The notes below the pieces were generated by a model. The model was given only the letters and a program-made list of their open reading frames with translations. It ran no database searches and was not told where the DNA came from. Position numbers and translations under genes: made by a program. 64,000 nt of DNA from Chiloscyllium plagiosum (taxonomy: Eukaryota): assembly GCF_004010195.1 (NCBI RefSeq), contig NC_057719.1, positions 46,200,021 to 46,264,020 on the forward strand. The letters run 5' to 3'. Shown here piece by piece: positions 39,426 through 52,866 of the stretch (position 1 is its first letter; the number at the start of each line of letters is the position of its first letter).

Positions 39426-40284
39426 GCGCTCAGGATCCAGCTCGAGCCCAAGCCGAGCCTCCGCTGCCTTTTATGGAAATGAGGAGCAGCAGCGCCGCAC
39501 ATCCGGGCCTCGAGCTGCCCCAGATTGATCCCGAGACCGCATTCCCGTTAGCACGGCCCGTCTTGCACGGAGCAGACCAACGGCGCTCGAGAGCCGGACG
39601 CTCAAACCCCAGACTCCGCTGCAAACATTTCCACTCCTGCACTTTTCCCCATTTCTCTTCCTTCCCCTGCGACGTCCAGCTCATTATTCGGCGTTGCCAT
39701 GGAGCCAGCTTTTTAACTGTGCACTGTAATTCAGAAGGAATTAACCCACGCGGGTGTAATTTTGTTCGAGTCAGCAGAGAGATGTGTGGGCCCATTCGAT
39801 GATATAAATACAGTTTTATGAGCATACCAACGAGGAGCAGGCTGGCCATTCAGCCCCTCAAGCCTGCTCCATCATTCAACAAGATTGCAAACTCAACTAT
39901 GCATTCCTGTCTATCCCTTATTTAACACAAATCTATCCACCTCTGACCTAAAAATATTGAAAGGCATGTTTTCCAACACTTCATCAGGAAACGTCCCAAG
40001 TTATCACAATCCTCCGAAAAAAATACCCACGCTCTGTTTAATTGGGTAACCGTTCAGGGTCTGTCTTCTTACGGATTTTCATTTAAATAGCACCTTTCAC
40101 AGAGCAAGGCGAATCAATGGCATTATCAAACAGAATTTCAAACCATACCACATAAGGAGAGACGAGTACAGCCAACCAAATCAAAGAAGTAGCTTTTAAG
40201 AAAGTCTTGCAGAAGGGAGAGGCAGAGTTTAGGGAGGGAACTTTGTAGACGTTTAGGTCTCATCGTTTGAAGGTATAGTATTAC

Positions 40285-40415
40285 GAGCTACCTTACAAAG
40301 GAATAGTGCTTCGAAAGCTTGTATTTTCAAACAAACCTGTTAGACTATAGCGTGGTCTCGTGCGATTTTCAACTTTGTCTACCCCAGTACAACACGACCA
40401 CCTCCACATCATGAC
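40285..40415 (+). mobile_element. Degenerate family B PLE terminus
   Basis: ttcgaaagcttg...aaacctgttagactata...cctccacatcatgac matches 22060-22186. Confidence 0.7.
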
Positions 40416-40759
40416 CGCCAAAAATGGAGCAATTAAAATCAAGATGCTCGACTAACCAGAGTTAGAGAAGCACAATTCCAAGACATTACAAAGATACAGT
40501 GAAGTAAGGACAGGATTGAAACAGTCAAGTTTATAAGTAACAAATACTACATTCAAGGAAAAATATTTATTAATTAAATTGTATTTACATCAGTTCCAAG
40601 TTTTTCCCTTTTAATTTTATTGCATTTGTTACCATTATGAGGTTCATTCAAATATATTTTGGGACTACGTCTTTTGGTTTGTACGTTTGTTATATTTTTG
40701 AGTTATAGCATTAAACTTCGTGTAAATGAAGGGAGTTGTTTGGTCTGTTCTCCGGATCA

Positions 40760-40950
40760 ATGGTGCTGGAAGAGCACAGCAGTTCAGGCAGCATCGAGGA
40801 GCTTCAGCAAAATCGACGTTTCGGGCCCTTCATCAGCCATCGACTTGATAGTAAATCTGTTCTGATGAGGAATCACCAGACTTTAAACATTAACTCTGCT
40901 TTCTTCCCACAGATGTTGCCAGACCTCCCCAGCAATTCCTGTTTTTGTTG
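40760..40950. mobile_element. PLE terminal fragments (family A-related), opposite orientations
   Basis: tggtgctggaagagcacagcag...aatcgacgtttcgggcccttcatcag, then tctgatgagg...aaacattaactctg. Confidence 0.7.
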
Positions 40951-41074
40951 CCTTAAATCTGGGTGATTTGATTGTTGCATATCAAAAGAGGAGTCTGATC
41001 ATTTTATGAGATGAAGATCCAAGATATTTAGGTTTGGAAACAAAAACATCTTACAGTCTCTAAATTATCAAGTT

Positions 41075-42670
41075 AGAAATTTTTGTTTTATTCAGGAGAT
41101 GTGGGCTTTGCTGACTGGGCCAGCATTTACAGCCCATACTTACTTTCCCTTGAGAAGATCGTTACGAGCTGTCTTCTTGAATCGCTACAGTTCATGTTGG
41201 GACCATGGTTGGCATAGACTAATTGGACTGAAGGGTCTGTTTCCATGCTGTATGACTTTATTTGGTATAAGTACATTATCAATACTGTTAGGGTGGGAAT
41301 TCCAGAATTTTGACCCCGGAACAGTGAAATGTTTCCAAATCAGGCTGGTGAATGGCTGGGAGGGAAACTTGCAGCTGGTGACATTTTCATGTATCTGCAC
41401 ACTTGACCTTCTAGATGGTTTAGGTATGGTGTATGCTACTGAAAAGCCTTGGTGAATTTCTGCAGTGCATCTTGTAGCTTGTACATACTGCTGCTATTGT
41501 GTAATGGTGGTGGAGGGAGTGAATGTTTGAGGATATAATGCCAAACAGGTCAGATTTTTACTGGATGGTGTCAAGTTTTAGAAGTGTTGTTGAAGCTGCA
41601 TTCATCCAGCTAAGTGGGAACTATTCCATCATATTCCTGCCTTGTGTCTTTGTAGATGGTGAACAGACGTTAGTGAGTCAGGAGGTGAGTTACTCACTGC
41701 AAGATTCCTAGCCTCTGACCTGATCTTGCAGCCACAATATTTATATGACTGGTCCAGTTCAGTTTCTAGTCAATGGCAACACCCAGAATATTGATAGTAT
41801 GGGCTTCAGTAATGGTAATGCTTTTGAATATCCAAGGATGATGATTCGATTCTTTGTTGTTGGATATGGTTATTCCCTGGCTCTTATGTAAAACAAACAT
41901 TACTTGCCAGTCCAAGCCTGGATATTGTCCAGGTCTTCCTGCACTTGAAAGTGGTCTATTAAAGTTTCTCAAGAGTCAGAAATAGTTCTGAACATTGTAC
42001 AATTACTAGCAAGCATTCCCACTTCTAATCTTATAATAGAAGGAAGGTCATTGAAACAGCTGAAAATGATTGAGCATATGATACTAACCTAAGGAACTCC
42101 TGTGCTGATCTTGGACCTGAGATGACTGACCTCGAGCAACCACAACTATCTTCCTTTGTACGATGTATAACTCCAACCTGTGGAGTGTTTTCCACTGATT
42201 ACTATTAAATTCAGTTTTGCTATAATTCCTTGATGCTACACTCAGTTAAATAGGACCTTGGTGTCAAGGGCAATCAATCTCTCCTCCTCTCTGGACTTCA
42301 GGACTTTTGTATATTCAAAGTTTGTGAAGTCGGTTGTGAGCGTCTGTAATCATTACCTGGATCATCCTGAGTCCGTTCTGTCTGGCTGTGTCTCTGGCTT
42401 GTGGATTGTTGACTGGTAGTCTGTATCTGACACTTGGTGGAAGGCCAATATACCGGCCACTACAGCGGACAGCTGAAACTGACAACCGGAAGCGGCAGTG
42501 TCAGACCACTATAAATGCCGGAGGAAACACCACAGAAGTGCTTCACAGGAGGCTCCCAAGCACTGAGGATGTCATCTAGACAGGGGACGAAATGTTTGCA
42601 ATAAAAACTTCCAGCTCGGCGAACAGAACCACAGCAACTTTTGTATATGTCTGAACCAAGGTGTGGACAT
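41075..42670 (-). mobile_element. Second copy of the CR1/L2-group LINE seen at 9.2-12.0 kb
   Basis: Minus-strand ITITEAHTINILGVAID matches VTITESPTSNILGVTID; same tail (gggccagcattta). Confidence 0.85.
42315..42636 (+). mobile_element. Penelope-like 3' fragment (family C-type) nested in a LINE
   Basis: PIYRPLQR C-terminal motif, then CTGAGGA...GAAA; perfect 12 bp direct repeat acttttgtatat at 42303-42314 and 42637-42648. Confidence 0.78.
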
Positions 42671-43036
42671 TGAATGTTATGTAGACCAGACCAGGTAAGA
42701 ATGACAGATTTCCCGGGTCTATAGATGATAGTTCAGCAATAGTACCACTGTGCTTCTCCCAATGTTCATTTAACTTATACATTTACTTCTAAGATGAAGA
42801 TGAATTGGGATCAAAGCTAGCTGGTCAGCAATTCTACTTGGATATAACTATTCAGATTGCCATGGGGAAAAAAGGGCAGAAGAAGCCATTTTTGATATCA
42901 GACATTACAGGCTTCCCTGCTAATACAGCAATATCACAGACAGACAGCAGTTTTGTCTGCAGCTATCAGAGATGCAGAAAGCTGAGATAGAGGAAATCAG
43001 TCTTGCTCATGAAGCAGATGAAATGCTGGCTATATA

Positions 43037-43360
43037 GGGTGGCACAGTGGCTTAGTGGTTAGCATGCTGCCTCACAGCACCATTTGATTTTAACCTCAGG
43101 TGACTGTCTGTGTGGAGTTTGCATATTCTCCCCATGTCCTTGTGAGTTTCCTCCCACAGACCAAACATGTGCAGGTTAGGTGAATCAGCTATGCTAAGCA
43201 GCACATAGTGGCTGGGGATATGTAAACTCGGTGGATTATCCAGAGGAAATGCAGGTTTATGGGGATAGAATGGGGGTACCGGTCTGGGTGAGATGTTCTT
43301 TCGAGGATCGGTGTAGACCGATGGGTCAAATGGCATATTTCCACATTGTAGGAATTCTAT
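43037..43360 (+). mobile_element. HE1-like SINE (older)
   Basis: gggtggcacagtggcttagtggttagca...tttccacattgtaggaattct. Confidence 0.85.
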
Positions 43361-43674
43361 ATTGTTGACCAGACCATAATATAGATGTGTGAGCTCATAC
43401 ATAGTTTGAATAGTTTGTGATCAAGTAAAGGAGGCTGGAAGAGTGGCTTTGCTTGGGAATAGAGTGAAATTTTGTTCTGACATCAGAAGTTTCCCAGCTC
43501 CTAAGGGAGCAAGCCTTTGGTAGTGACTACTTCCTGTAGGATGAAGTGTCTACTCGAGGGCCAGTGGAAGTAGAGAGGGATTTTTGGTTGAGGTATAAGT
43601 TAAATTATGATCTCTGTTTTTGGTAGTTTAACTTATAAGTTGCATCCAAAATTAAGATGGCAATGAGAGTCCTA

Positions 43675-46435
43675 GAGTCATAAGTCCTGCTCTCATTTGC
43701 TTTTCCAAACTTCAGCACTTCACATTTATCTAAATTAAACTCCATTTGCCACTCCTCAGCCCATTGGCCCATCTGATCAAGATCCCATTGTAATCTGAGG
43801 TAACCTTTTTTGCTGTCCACTACACCTCCAATTTTGGTGTGATCTGCAAACTTACTAACTATATCTCCTACGTTCACATCCAAATCATTTCAATACATGA
43901 CGAAACATAATGGACCCAACTCTGATCCTTGTGGCACATCACTGGCCACAGGCCTCCAGTTTGAAAAGCAACACTCCATTACCACCCTCTGTCTTCTACC
44001 TTCGAGCCAGTTCTGTATCCAAATGGCAGGTTCTCCCTGTACTCCATTAGATCCAACCTTGCTAACCGGTCTCCCATGAGGAACCTTGTCAAACGTCTTA
44101 CTGAAGTCCATTTAGATCACGTCCACTGCTCTGCCTTCATCAATCCTCTTTGTTACTTCTTCAAAAAACTCAAGCAACTTAGTGAGACATGATTTCCCAT
44201 GCACCAAGCCATGCTGACAATCCTAATCAGTCATTGCCTTTCCAAATACATGTAAATCCTGTCCCTCAGGATTGCCTCCAACAACTTGCCCACAAAAAAT
44301 GTCAGGTTCACTGGTCTATAGTTCCCTGGCTTGTCCTTACCACCTTTCTTAAATAGTGGCATCATGTTAGCGTACCTCCAGTATTCCAGACTTTACCTGT
44401 AACTATCAATGATACAAATATCTCAGCAAGGGGCCAACAATCACTTCCCTAGCTTCCCACAGAGTGCTTGGGTACACCTGATCAGGTCATAGAGTCATAG
44501 AGATGCACAGCATGGAAACAGACCCTTCGGTCCAACCCATCCATGCCAACCAGATATCCCAACCCAATCTAGTCCCACCTGCCAGCACCCGGCCCATATC
44601 CCTCCAAACCCTTCCTATTCATATACCCATCCAAATGCCTCTTAAATGTTGCAATTGTACCAGCCACTACCACATCCTCTGGCAGCTCATTCCATACACA
44701 TACCACCCTCTGCGTGAAAAGGTTGCCCCTTAGGTCTCTTTTATATCTTTCCCCAGTCACCCTAAACCTATTCCCTCTAGTTCTGGACTCCCTGACCCCA
44801 GGGAAAAGACTTTGTCTATTTATCCTATCCATGCTCTTCATAATTTTGTAAACCTCTATAAGGTCACCCCTCAGCCTCCGACGCTCCAGGCAAAACAGCC
44901 CCAGCATGTTTAGCCTCTCCCTGTAGCTCAGATCCTCCACTTTTATGCTTTTCAAGACAGCCAGCTCCTCTCCTCTGTAATATGGATATTTTTCAAGGTG
45001 TGACCATCTATTTTCCCACTTTCTATATCTTCCATGTCCTTCACAGTAAACACGGATTCAAAATACTCATTCAGTATCTTCTCCATCTCCTGTGGCTCCA
45101 CATAAAGGCTGCCTTGCTGATCTTTGAGGGGCCCTGTTCTCTCCCTAGTTACCCTTTTGTCCTTAATGTATTTATAAAAACCCTTCGGATACTTCTTAAC
45201 TCTATTTGCCAAAGCTATCTCATGTCCCCGTTTTGCCCTCCTGATTCCCCTCTTAAGTATGCTCCTACTGCCTTTATACTCTTGTAAGAATTCACTCGAT
45301 CTATCCTGTCTATACCTGTCATATGGTCCCTTCTTTTCTTAACCAAAACCTCAATTTCTCTAGCCATGCAGCATTCCCGACACCTACCAGCCTTTCCTTT
45401 CACCCTGACAGGAATATACTATCTCTGGACTCTCGTTATCTCATTTCTGAAGGCTTCCCATTTTCCAGCCATCCCTTTACCTGCGAACATCTGCCCCCAA
45501 TCAGCTTTTGAAAGTTCTTGCCGAATACCATCAAAATTAGCCTTCCCCCTATTTAGAACTTCAACTTTTAGATCTGGTCTATCCTTTTCCATCACTACTT
45601 TAAAACTAACAGAAATGTGGTCGCTGGCCCCAAAGTGCTCCCCCACTGACACCTCAATCACCTGCCCTGCCTTATTTCCCAAGAGTAGGTCAAGTTTTGC
45701 ACTTTCTCTAGTTGAAATTCTACTTACTGAATTAGAAAACGTTCTTGTACACACTTAACAAATTCCTCTCCATCTAAATCCTTAATACTATGACAGTCCC
45801 AGTCTATGTTTGGAAAGTTAAAATCCCCGACCATTCTTACAGATAAGTGAAATCTCCTTACAAATTTGTTTCTCAATTTCCCTCTATTGGGGGGCCTATA
45901 ATACAATCCTAGTAAGGTGATCATCCCTTTCTTATTTCTCAGTTCCACCCAAATAAACTCCATGGATGTATCCCAGGAATATTCTCCCTAAGTACAGCGG
46001 TAATACTATCCCTTATCAAAAACACCACTCCCCATCCTCTCTTGTCCCTCTTTCCATCCTTCCTATAGCATTTGTATCCTGGAACATTACATTGCCAATC
46101 CTGTCCATTCCTGAGCCACGTTTCTGCAATTGTGATGATATCCCTGTCCCATGTTCCTAACCATGCCCTGAGTTCATCTGCCTTCCCGGTTAGGCATCTT
46201 GAATTGAAATAAATGCAGTTTAGTTTATCAGTTGTACCGTGTTCTCTGTTTTGTTCCTTCCTGCCCTGACTGTTTGACTCACTCCTTTTCCCAACTGTAT
46301 CAGTCTCAGATTGATCTCTTTCCTCACTATTTCCCTGCCCCTCCCCACCTTACTAGTTTAAATCGTCCTGAGCAGCTCTAGCAAATCTCCCGACCAGTAT
46401 ATCAGTCCCCTTCCAATTCAGGTGCAATCCGTCCT
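43675..46435 (-). mobile_element. HER1/CR1 LINE with APE and RT regions, disrupted and 3'-incomplete
   Basis: WVELRNKKG..YYRPP, GDFNFPNIDW, LDLLLGN, SDH (APE); MDFSKTFDKVPHG, KFADHTKIGG (RT). Confidence 0.93.
44487..44939 (-). mobile_element. Younger 5'-truncated HER1 copy nested in the older HER1
   Basis: EDLSYRERLN...GPGAGRWD plus tail interrupts the host at the KVDKSPGPD position. Confidence 0.85.
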
Positions 46436-47045
46436 TCTTCAAAAGTGTTTGTTGGTTGTTTGTTGCAGAGGAAGTTTCAAAATGTGAGAGCCTGATTCTT
46501 TCAGCTGCTAACTGGAAGTTTGAATTTTTCTTTAAAAGTTATCAATCTCTACAGAGATCATAACAAAGATGGGACACCTGCAGGATTCCAAATCCACAGG
46601 CTGAGGCAGGTACAAAGGGTTTGGTCACAATTAAAGCACAATTACTTTTGCTTTAATAACAGAAAAGTTAAGAATGGTAATGTCGATTGCAAACTCACTT
46701 ATTTAAACAGAAGATTTGTCTTTGAGTGCTTTTCAACAGTTAACAAAGGTTACTTTGAAAGGAGTGGCAGGAAAGTTGGAAATAGAGTAAACAGTAGGCA
46801 ATATAAGTAGAAATAATTGAGGTCTTGGGGCTCATGTGAATCTTGGCAAAGGAAAAGGTAATCCAGATAAAACACAGGTTGAGTTAGCCAGATTTCAGTT
46901 ATAAATGCAACAATGGAAAATACTCCAAAGAGGCCAATATCCTGTCACTAAGTCACCCTTTATCTACACAGAAACAGTCCTTGACTTTGAGAACTGACTC
47001 GGAATGAGGCAGTACTAGAGTGCCAGAATCTCTGACACTCCTCTT

Positions 47046-48587
47046 TTTTTTTAAAACACCCGGGTGGCCAGTGACAAACACTGCCCTTCATTCCTCTGCT
47101 TATTTTTTTTTCCTGTTTATTTATTTATTTTTCTTTTTTTTTTAATTAACCTCCACACTACCACCTAAGTGCGGTAGTGCTTATTTTATNNNNNNNNNNN
47201 NNNNNNNNNNNNNNNNNNNNNNNNNNNNNNNNNNNNNNNNNNNNNNNNNNNNNNNNNNNNNNNNNNNNNNNNNNNNNNNNNNNNNNNTCCTTTTGTTTTC
47301 TTTTTATTTTCACAAGTCCCTGTTTAATTTTTTTTTTCTTTTTTTTTCAAATTCCACTACCAGGAAGATAGGAAAACACCCGGGTGGCCAGTGAGAAACA
47401 CCACTGCCCTTATCAAGGGACAGTGCTGTGTGATCAAAACAGTGAAGGGGAGGGTAGGGACTAAATCAAAATAGAATTGGAGGGAGAAATGATGCACTCC
47501 ACTCCCTGCGGCGCCCACCTCTCCCTGAACAATTCCAGGGTGTTGGTGGACACCGCGTGCTCCTTCTCCAAGGACACCCGGGCTCTAACGTAACCGACGG
47601 ATACTCCTCTTTTTTTTTCTTTTCTATTTTACAGGATGTTTAACGTTCCTATTTATTTTTTTTGTTTGTTTTTTTTTATTATTTTTTTTTCCCCAGCACC
47701 CATGGTGTGTGTGTGCAGGTGTGAGACACAGTGAAAGACACAAAGTGCACGAATCTTTATTCAATTTCCACCACCAGGAAGATAGGAAAACACCCGGGTG
47801 GCCAGTGACAAACACTGCCCTTCACATCAAAGGAATGTGATCAAAACATTCCTATTTATTTTTTTTTATTTTATTTTTTTTAATTTTCTTTTTTAAACCC
47901 CCACACTACCACCTAAGTGCGGTAGTGCTTATTTTATCCCCAGCACCCATGGTGTGTGTGTGTGTGCAGGACACTGTGAAAGACACAAAGTGCACGAATC
48001 TTTATTCAATTTCCACCACCAAGAAAATAGGAAAACACCCGGGTGGCCAGTGACAAACACTGCCATTCACAGCAAGGGACAGTGCTGTGTGATCAGAACA
48101 GTGAAGGGGAGGGTAGGGACTAAATCAAAATAGAGTTGGAGGGAGAAATGATGCACTCCACTCCCTGCGGCGCCCACCTCTCCCTGAACAACTCCAGGGT
48201 GTTGGTGGACACCGCGTGCTCCTTCTCCAAGGACACCCGGGCTCTAACGTAACCGCGGGACACTCCTCTTTTTTTTAGAAAGGGAGGGTAGGGACGTCAC
48301 TCCTGTTTATTTTTTTTTATTTTATTTTTTTTTAAATATTAACCCCCACACTACCACCTAAGTGCGGTAGTGCTTATTTTGTCCCCAGCACCCATGGTGT
48401 GTGTGTGCAGGTGTGAGACACAGTGGAAGACGCAAAGTGCACCAATCTTTATTCAAATTCCACCACCAGGAAGACAGGAAAACACCCGGGTGGCCAGTGA
48501 CAAACACTGCCCTTCACATCAAGGGACAGTGCTGTGTGATCAAAAACAGTGAAGGGGAGGGTAGGGACTAAATCAAAATAGAGTTGG
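47046..48587 (-). mobile_element. Stack of 5'-truncated Tx1-like retrotransposon 3' ends
   Basis: Repeated units; longest translate on minus as GYVRARVSLEKEHAVSTNTLELFRERWAPQGVECIISPSNSILI*, then a 3' UTR and A-rich tail (T-rich on plus). Confidence 0.7.
47190..47287. other. Assembly gap (98 N)
   Basis: Run of n. Confidence 0.99.
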
Positions 48588-48759
48588 ACACTCCTCTTTT
48601 TATCGGTCAGTCAGGGGTCCCTGATTGGACCAGATTAACAACCCAATCAGGGAACTCATATTCTATGAGGTCCAACTGGCTGACCTCATTATAGTCACTA
48701 CAGCAACTTAAATTGGAAAGAGAGAGAAAGAAAACAATCCATCTATGAGGCCCACTGTC

Positions 48760-49103
48760 AAGGAAAGGCCACCAGCATTCTCAAAGATCCATTCCACCCT
48801 GGCAATGTTTTTCTACAACCTTTACCATTGGGGAGAAGGTGCAGAAGCCTGAACACACACACACCAGTTGGTTTTGAAACAGTTTCTACCCTACTGTTGT
48901 TAGAATACTGAATTGACTCTCAAACCCTTAACATTCAACTGTACCTGTGTTTTTGTTTTTGCCGCTGTTTACCTATTATTTACTCATCTATGCTACTTAA
49001 CTCTGTGATCTGCCTGTATTGCTCGCAAGACAAAGCTTTTCACTGTGCCTCTGTACACGTGACAATAAATTCAATTCAATTCAGTTAAATTCAATTCAGT
49101 TCA
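48760..49103 (+). mobile_element. Rex1/Babar-like LINE 3' end
   Basis: KDPFHPG...PLPLGRRCRSL...NSFYPTVVRILN (with a frameshift) resembles the Rex1 C-terminus; AATAAA followed by an (aattc)n tail. Confidence 0.72.
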
Positions 49104-51482
49104 AGTTGGACGGCTGGCTGGTTTGTATTGCAGAGAAACACTAGCAGCATGTGTTCAATTCCCCAGTTAAGGTTATCACAAAGGGTTCTCCTTCTCTCCG
49201 GCTCTAATGAGAGGAGAGACATTTGGTCCAGTAAGACTATGGCAAAATTACCTTTATCGTTCAGCAATCAAATCCCACCTAGAAGACTGTGAAATTTATA
49301 ATATAAGGGAGGCAGGTCTTTGAACTAATTGCTATGTTTTTATTTTAATTAGCATCTTATAAACTGGCAGTCTTGATTCACCTGCAAAACTAAAAACCTG
49401 AAATATCAGATGTTTACTATATTATCGTGATCTCTGCGATGTACAAGTTGTCAGCTGAGGGTGCGAGTGAGAAGGCTCTCTGCCGATAAGTTTTATTTCA
49501 AGCCAAAGTGTATTATTTTTAAAAAATTGCTGTGATTTATGCAGTACATAAAATATGACAGTGATATATATACCCCCACATTACATTGCTATTATTTAGT
49601 CTGTGTGGTTTTACATTGATTGTTTGGATCTCTTGATCAATCAGAATATTTGATCAACTGGCATGCTCCACGTCCCACAGGTGCTGGTTAATAAAACATT
49701 TGCTTATATCTGACAACTACCTAGGTAGTAGCTTTGTTGGCACATCTACCTAGCATTCTGGGAGTGAACATAACACTAATGACCAGGAGGGAAGTGGCAG
49801 TAATGAAAGGAAATGCTTCCCTGTGTAGGAAAAGAGACCATGTGGGAACCAAAAATGATTCAAAAAGACTAAGAAATGGAAAAGCAAGGTTCTGAAATTT
49901 GAAATAAGACTATACTCTTGTCAGTGTGGTCTAATGTTTCTCCAAAGAATGACGTCTGATTAGGTGAAAAACCAATGCCAACTTACAATGGGTACAAATT
50001 GGAGCATGAAAGATTATGGGATGTTTGGTTTGAAGCTGAAGTGACAGCATGTTTGTACGTTTAAAGATCCGAAAAGATTAATATTATGAAGGATACAGCT
50101 TTGGCTCAAACTTTGATTTTGCAATAGATGTGAACTTTAGTGATTTTGTTAAATAAGGAATATTGAATCAGAGTACTGATAGAAACTTTTTAATTGTTCC
50201 ATTGTGTAGAGTGAATTTAGAATATGGCTTTATTCAATGGATCAGTTATTGTTGTAGTCTCTGAATTTCCTATAGGTAATATCAATTTTACATTAGGAAC
50301 TTACCTCACAGGGGATAAGGTTTCCATCTCTGGCATTGGGAGACAAGTCTACTGAACTTAAAGTACTTTAAGAATCAGAGATTATGTGTAATCCTGTTGT
50401 AGAAAGAACTATTTGATTAATGATACCGGGTGTCAATCCTTACAATGAACTTGAAAGAATATATACTTCTCTTTGAATCTATTATGTAGTTTCAATTAAA
50501 CATCAAAAGTTCAAATTTCTAACAAGAAAGAGACAATAATGCCTCAGACTAATGACAGTGGTTTAAAGTCACATCTAAACAAACTGACTTTAGCTGCTTT
50601 AAAGACTGCAGACTCTAAGTCACAGGAGCCAGATCAGAATATGAAACACATGGCTCAATTTTTTTTTTGAGAACTCTTTGAGATTTTACTTGGATCTTCC
50701 TTGTGATTTTGGGGTCTCCTTTTTCATTCTTACCAATTTATTTATGCAGGTGCATAGTAACAATATTTTTTGTATTTGTTTGACGTATGGGGCATTTAGA
50801 CTTAAACAGAAGCTGAACCAGAAGAATTCATCCCTGCCCTCAGTTATCAGTTAAATTCCATTAAATTTAAAGTCACTGCATACGAGGAATGTATTAATTT
50901 CCTAGAAACCATAGAATTTAAATTGCAAAAGACAACAGCCATAAGTTAACAATAACCTTCTTTTCAAAATAACTGTTACACATTTCCATGTGAAAAAGAA
51001 ACTAATACCCAAAACACACCTTTACATATTAATAAGGTTTCATCACATATGCACAAAGCTGAAAAATTTTAAATGAGCAGTTACTACTCTCACTGCGTGA
51101 CTGAACTCAATCCTTGATTTAAATTTAATAATTGATGCAATACCACCCATAAGCTCCTGAACATATTCACTTTTAAGTTAGAAATTTCATGTTCATTTTC
51201 AGTGAATTCATTACCTCAGTGATTTCATTCTTCCTGACTCCGATGTAGCTAAGTATCCCTTTGTTGATAGATTTAAAATAATTCTGTCTTCTTTGCAGCC
51301 TACTTCTGGTCTCCCCCAACATTGCAACCTCCCTCTCCCCTTCCACTTGAGGTCTCCTTGGCCTTCGTGCTGCCTATTCCCCTCTCTACTAGCAAACACC
51401 TAACCATCTCCCCCCTCCCTCCCACCCCCGCACCACAACTGCAGCAATGTTCTTTTCTCCACCCTTGCATTCCTTTTCACAT

Positions 51483-51757
51483 ATTAGATTTCCTACAGTG
51501 CAGAAACAGGTCCTTCTGCCCAACAAGTCCACACCGACCCTCTGAAGAGTAACCCACCCAGACCCATTTCCCTACTCCATACTAATACACCTATCACTAT
51601 GGGCAATTTAGCATGGCTAATTAACCTGAACTGCACATCTTTGGAATGTGGGAGGAAACCGGAGCACCCAGAGAAAACCCACGCAGACACTGGGAGAATG
51701 TGCAAACTCCATGCAGATAGTCGCCCGAGGCTGGAATCGAACCTGGGTCCCTGGCGC
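51483..51757 (-). mobile_element. HE1-like SINE, head truncated
   Basis: tgtgggaggaaaccggagcaccc; tail reverse complement tagatttcctacagtg. Confidence 0.88.
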
Positions 51758-52504
51758 CGCGCTTTCTGGGCTCTTTCATGTTTTCTTGCAGTTATTAACT
51801 GGAAGTTTGAATTTCAGTTAAAAGCTATTAGGAGAACCCAGCGAGATACCCAATTTATTCTGGTTCCAGATGGGATACCCCAAATTGTAAAGGTCCCAGT
51901 TGAGGAAGGATGAACTTGGACCAAATGAATTGATGTTAAAAGAAGCCAAATAGCCAATCTTACCTGAGTTAACAAAGAAGTGAGTTTAGTAGTTATTAAA
52001 TGTGAGAAGAAATAATAATTCAATATATGTATATACAGATTAATAATTAGAGTTAAGTCAAAAAAGTTAAAATTTAAGAAAAAAATACACAGGTCAGTTT
52101 CTGGGTCACTTGTGAAGTGTACGTGGAACACTATTATGGTTGTTTCAGTTGTTGTATCCTGCAGCGTTGATATAGCTCATTGAAAAGTGAATTTTGAGAT
52201 ACTTGACATTGCAGATTGATTGAAATTGTTTTATTCTGTTTCACTTTGACTGACACGTTTCCAGCACTCGAGTTATTTTACCTACAATACATAGATGTCT
52301 TATGGATGGTTCTTCAACTCTGATTTTCACAGGATACTAGTGCTCAAACCCAGGCTGGTACATGTAAATACTTCAGCTTAGTAGCACACCTCTTCCACTA
52401 ACACACAAACTAGAGTTGAACTGGCTTTTGAAACGGGAAAACACAAAACATGTCTCTTGCCTTAGACAGCTTTTTTTCCTGGATGCGGTCACATATAGTG
52501 TGAT

Positions 52505-52866
52505 TGAGGCCGTCTTCATGGGTATAGAACTTGACTATCAGTTTCTGCTCAGTGATTCTGCATTGTTGTGTATCTTCGAAGACCGTGTTGAAGGATGCTT
52601 ACCCAAAGATCAGAGTTTGAATGTCCTTGTCCTCTTAAGTGTTCCCTGACTGGGAGGGAACATTCTTGTCTGGCGATTGTTATGCAGTGTCCATTCATCC
52701 GTTGTTGTAGTGTCTGCATGGTCTCGCCAATATACCATGCCTCATGACATCCTTGCCTGAGCATACGAGGTAGACAATATTGGGTGAGTCACATGAGTAT
52801 CTGCAGTGTATTTGATGGGTGATGTTCCCATGTTTGATGGCAGTATTCATGTTGATGATCTGACAG
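52505..52866 (-). mobile_element. Penelope-like GIY-YIG endonuclease fragment (decayed)
   Basis: RYSCDSPNIVYL / RQGCHEAWYIGETMQTLQQRMNGH across a frameshift. Confidence 0.85.

Larger units (their letters stand above)
37700..39800. promoter_or_regulatory. CpG island / promoter region of FERMT2
   Basis: Clear local rise in CpG and GC against a CpG-depleted, AT-rich background. No recognisable transposons. Covers the first coding exon and the sequence upstream of it. Confidence 0.85.

Noticed and set aside
38414..39849. Several 70-166 aa ORFs with poly-G/P/S tracts
   Set aside because: By-products of the GC-rich island and simple repeats; no recognisable protein.
47031..48602. CRISPR-like or satellite array
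   Set aside because: Units vary in length, have A-rich tails and an ORF C-terminus, lack a repeat-spacer periodicity, and the context is eukaryotic.
49340..49710. Possible Tc1/mariner (Tigger-like) remnant
   Set aside because: Only one degenerate end-like stretch; matching TIR and TA duplication not identified.
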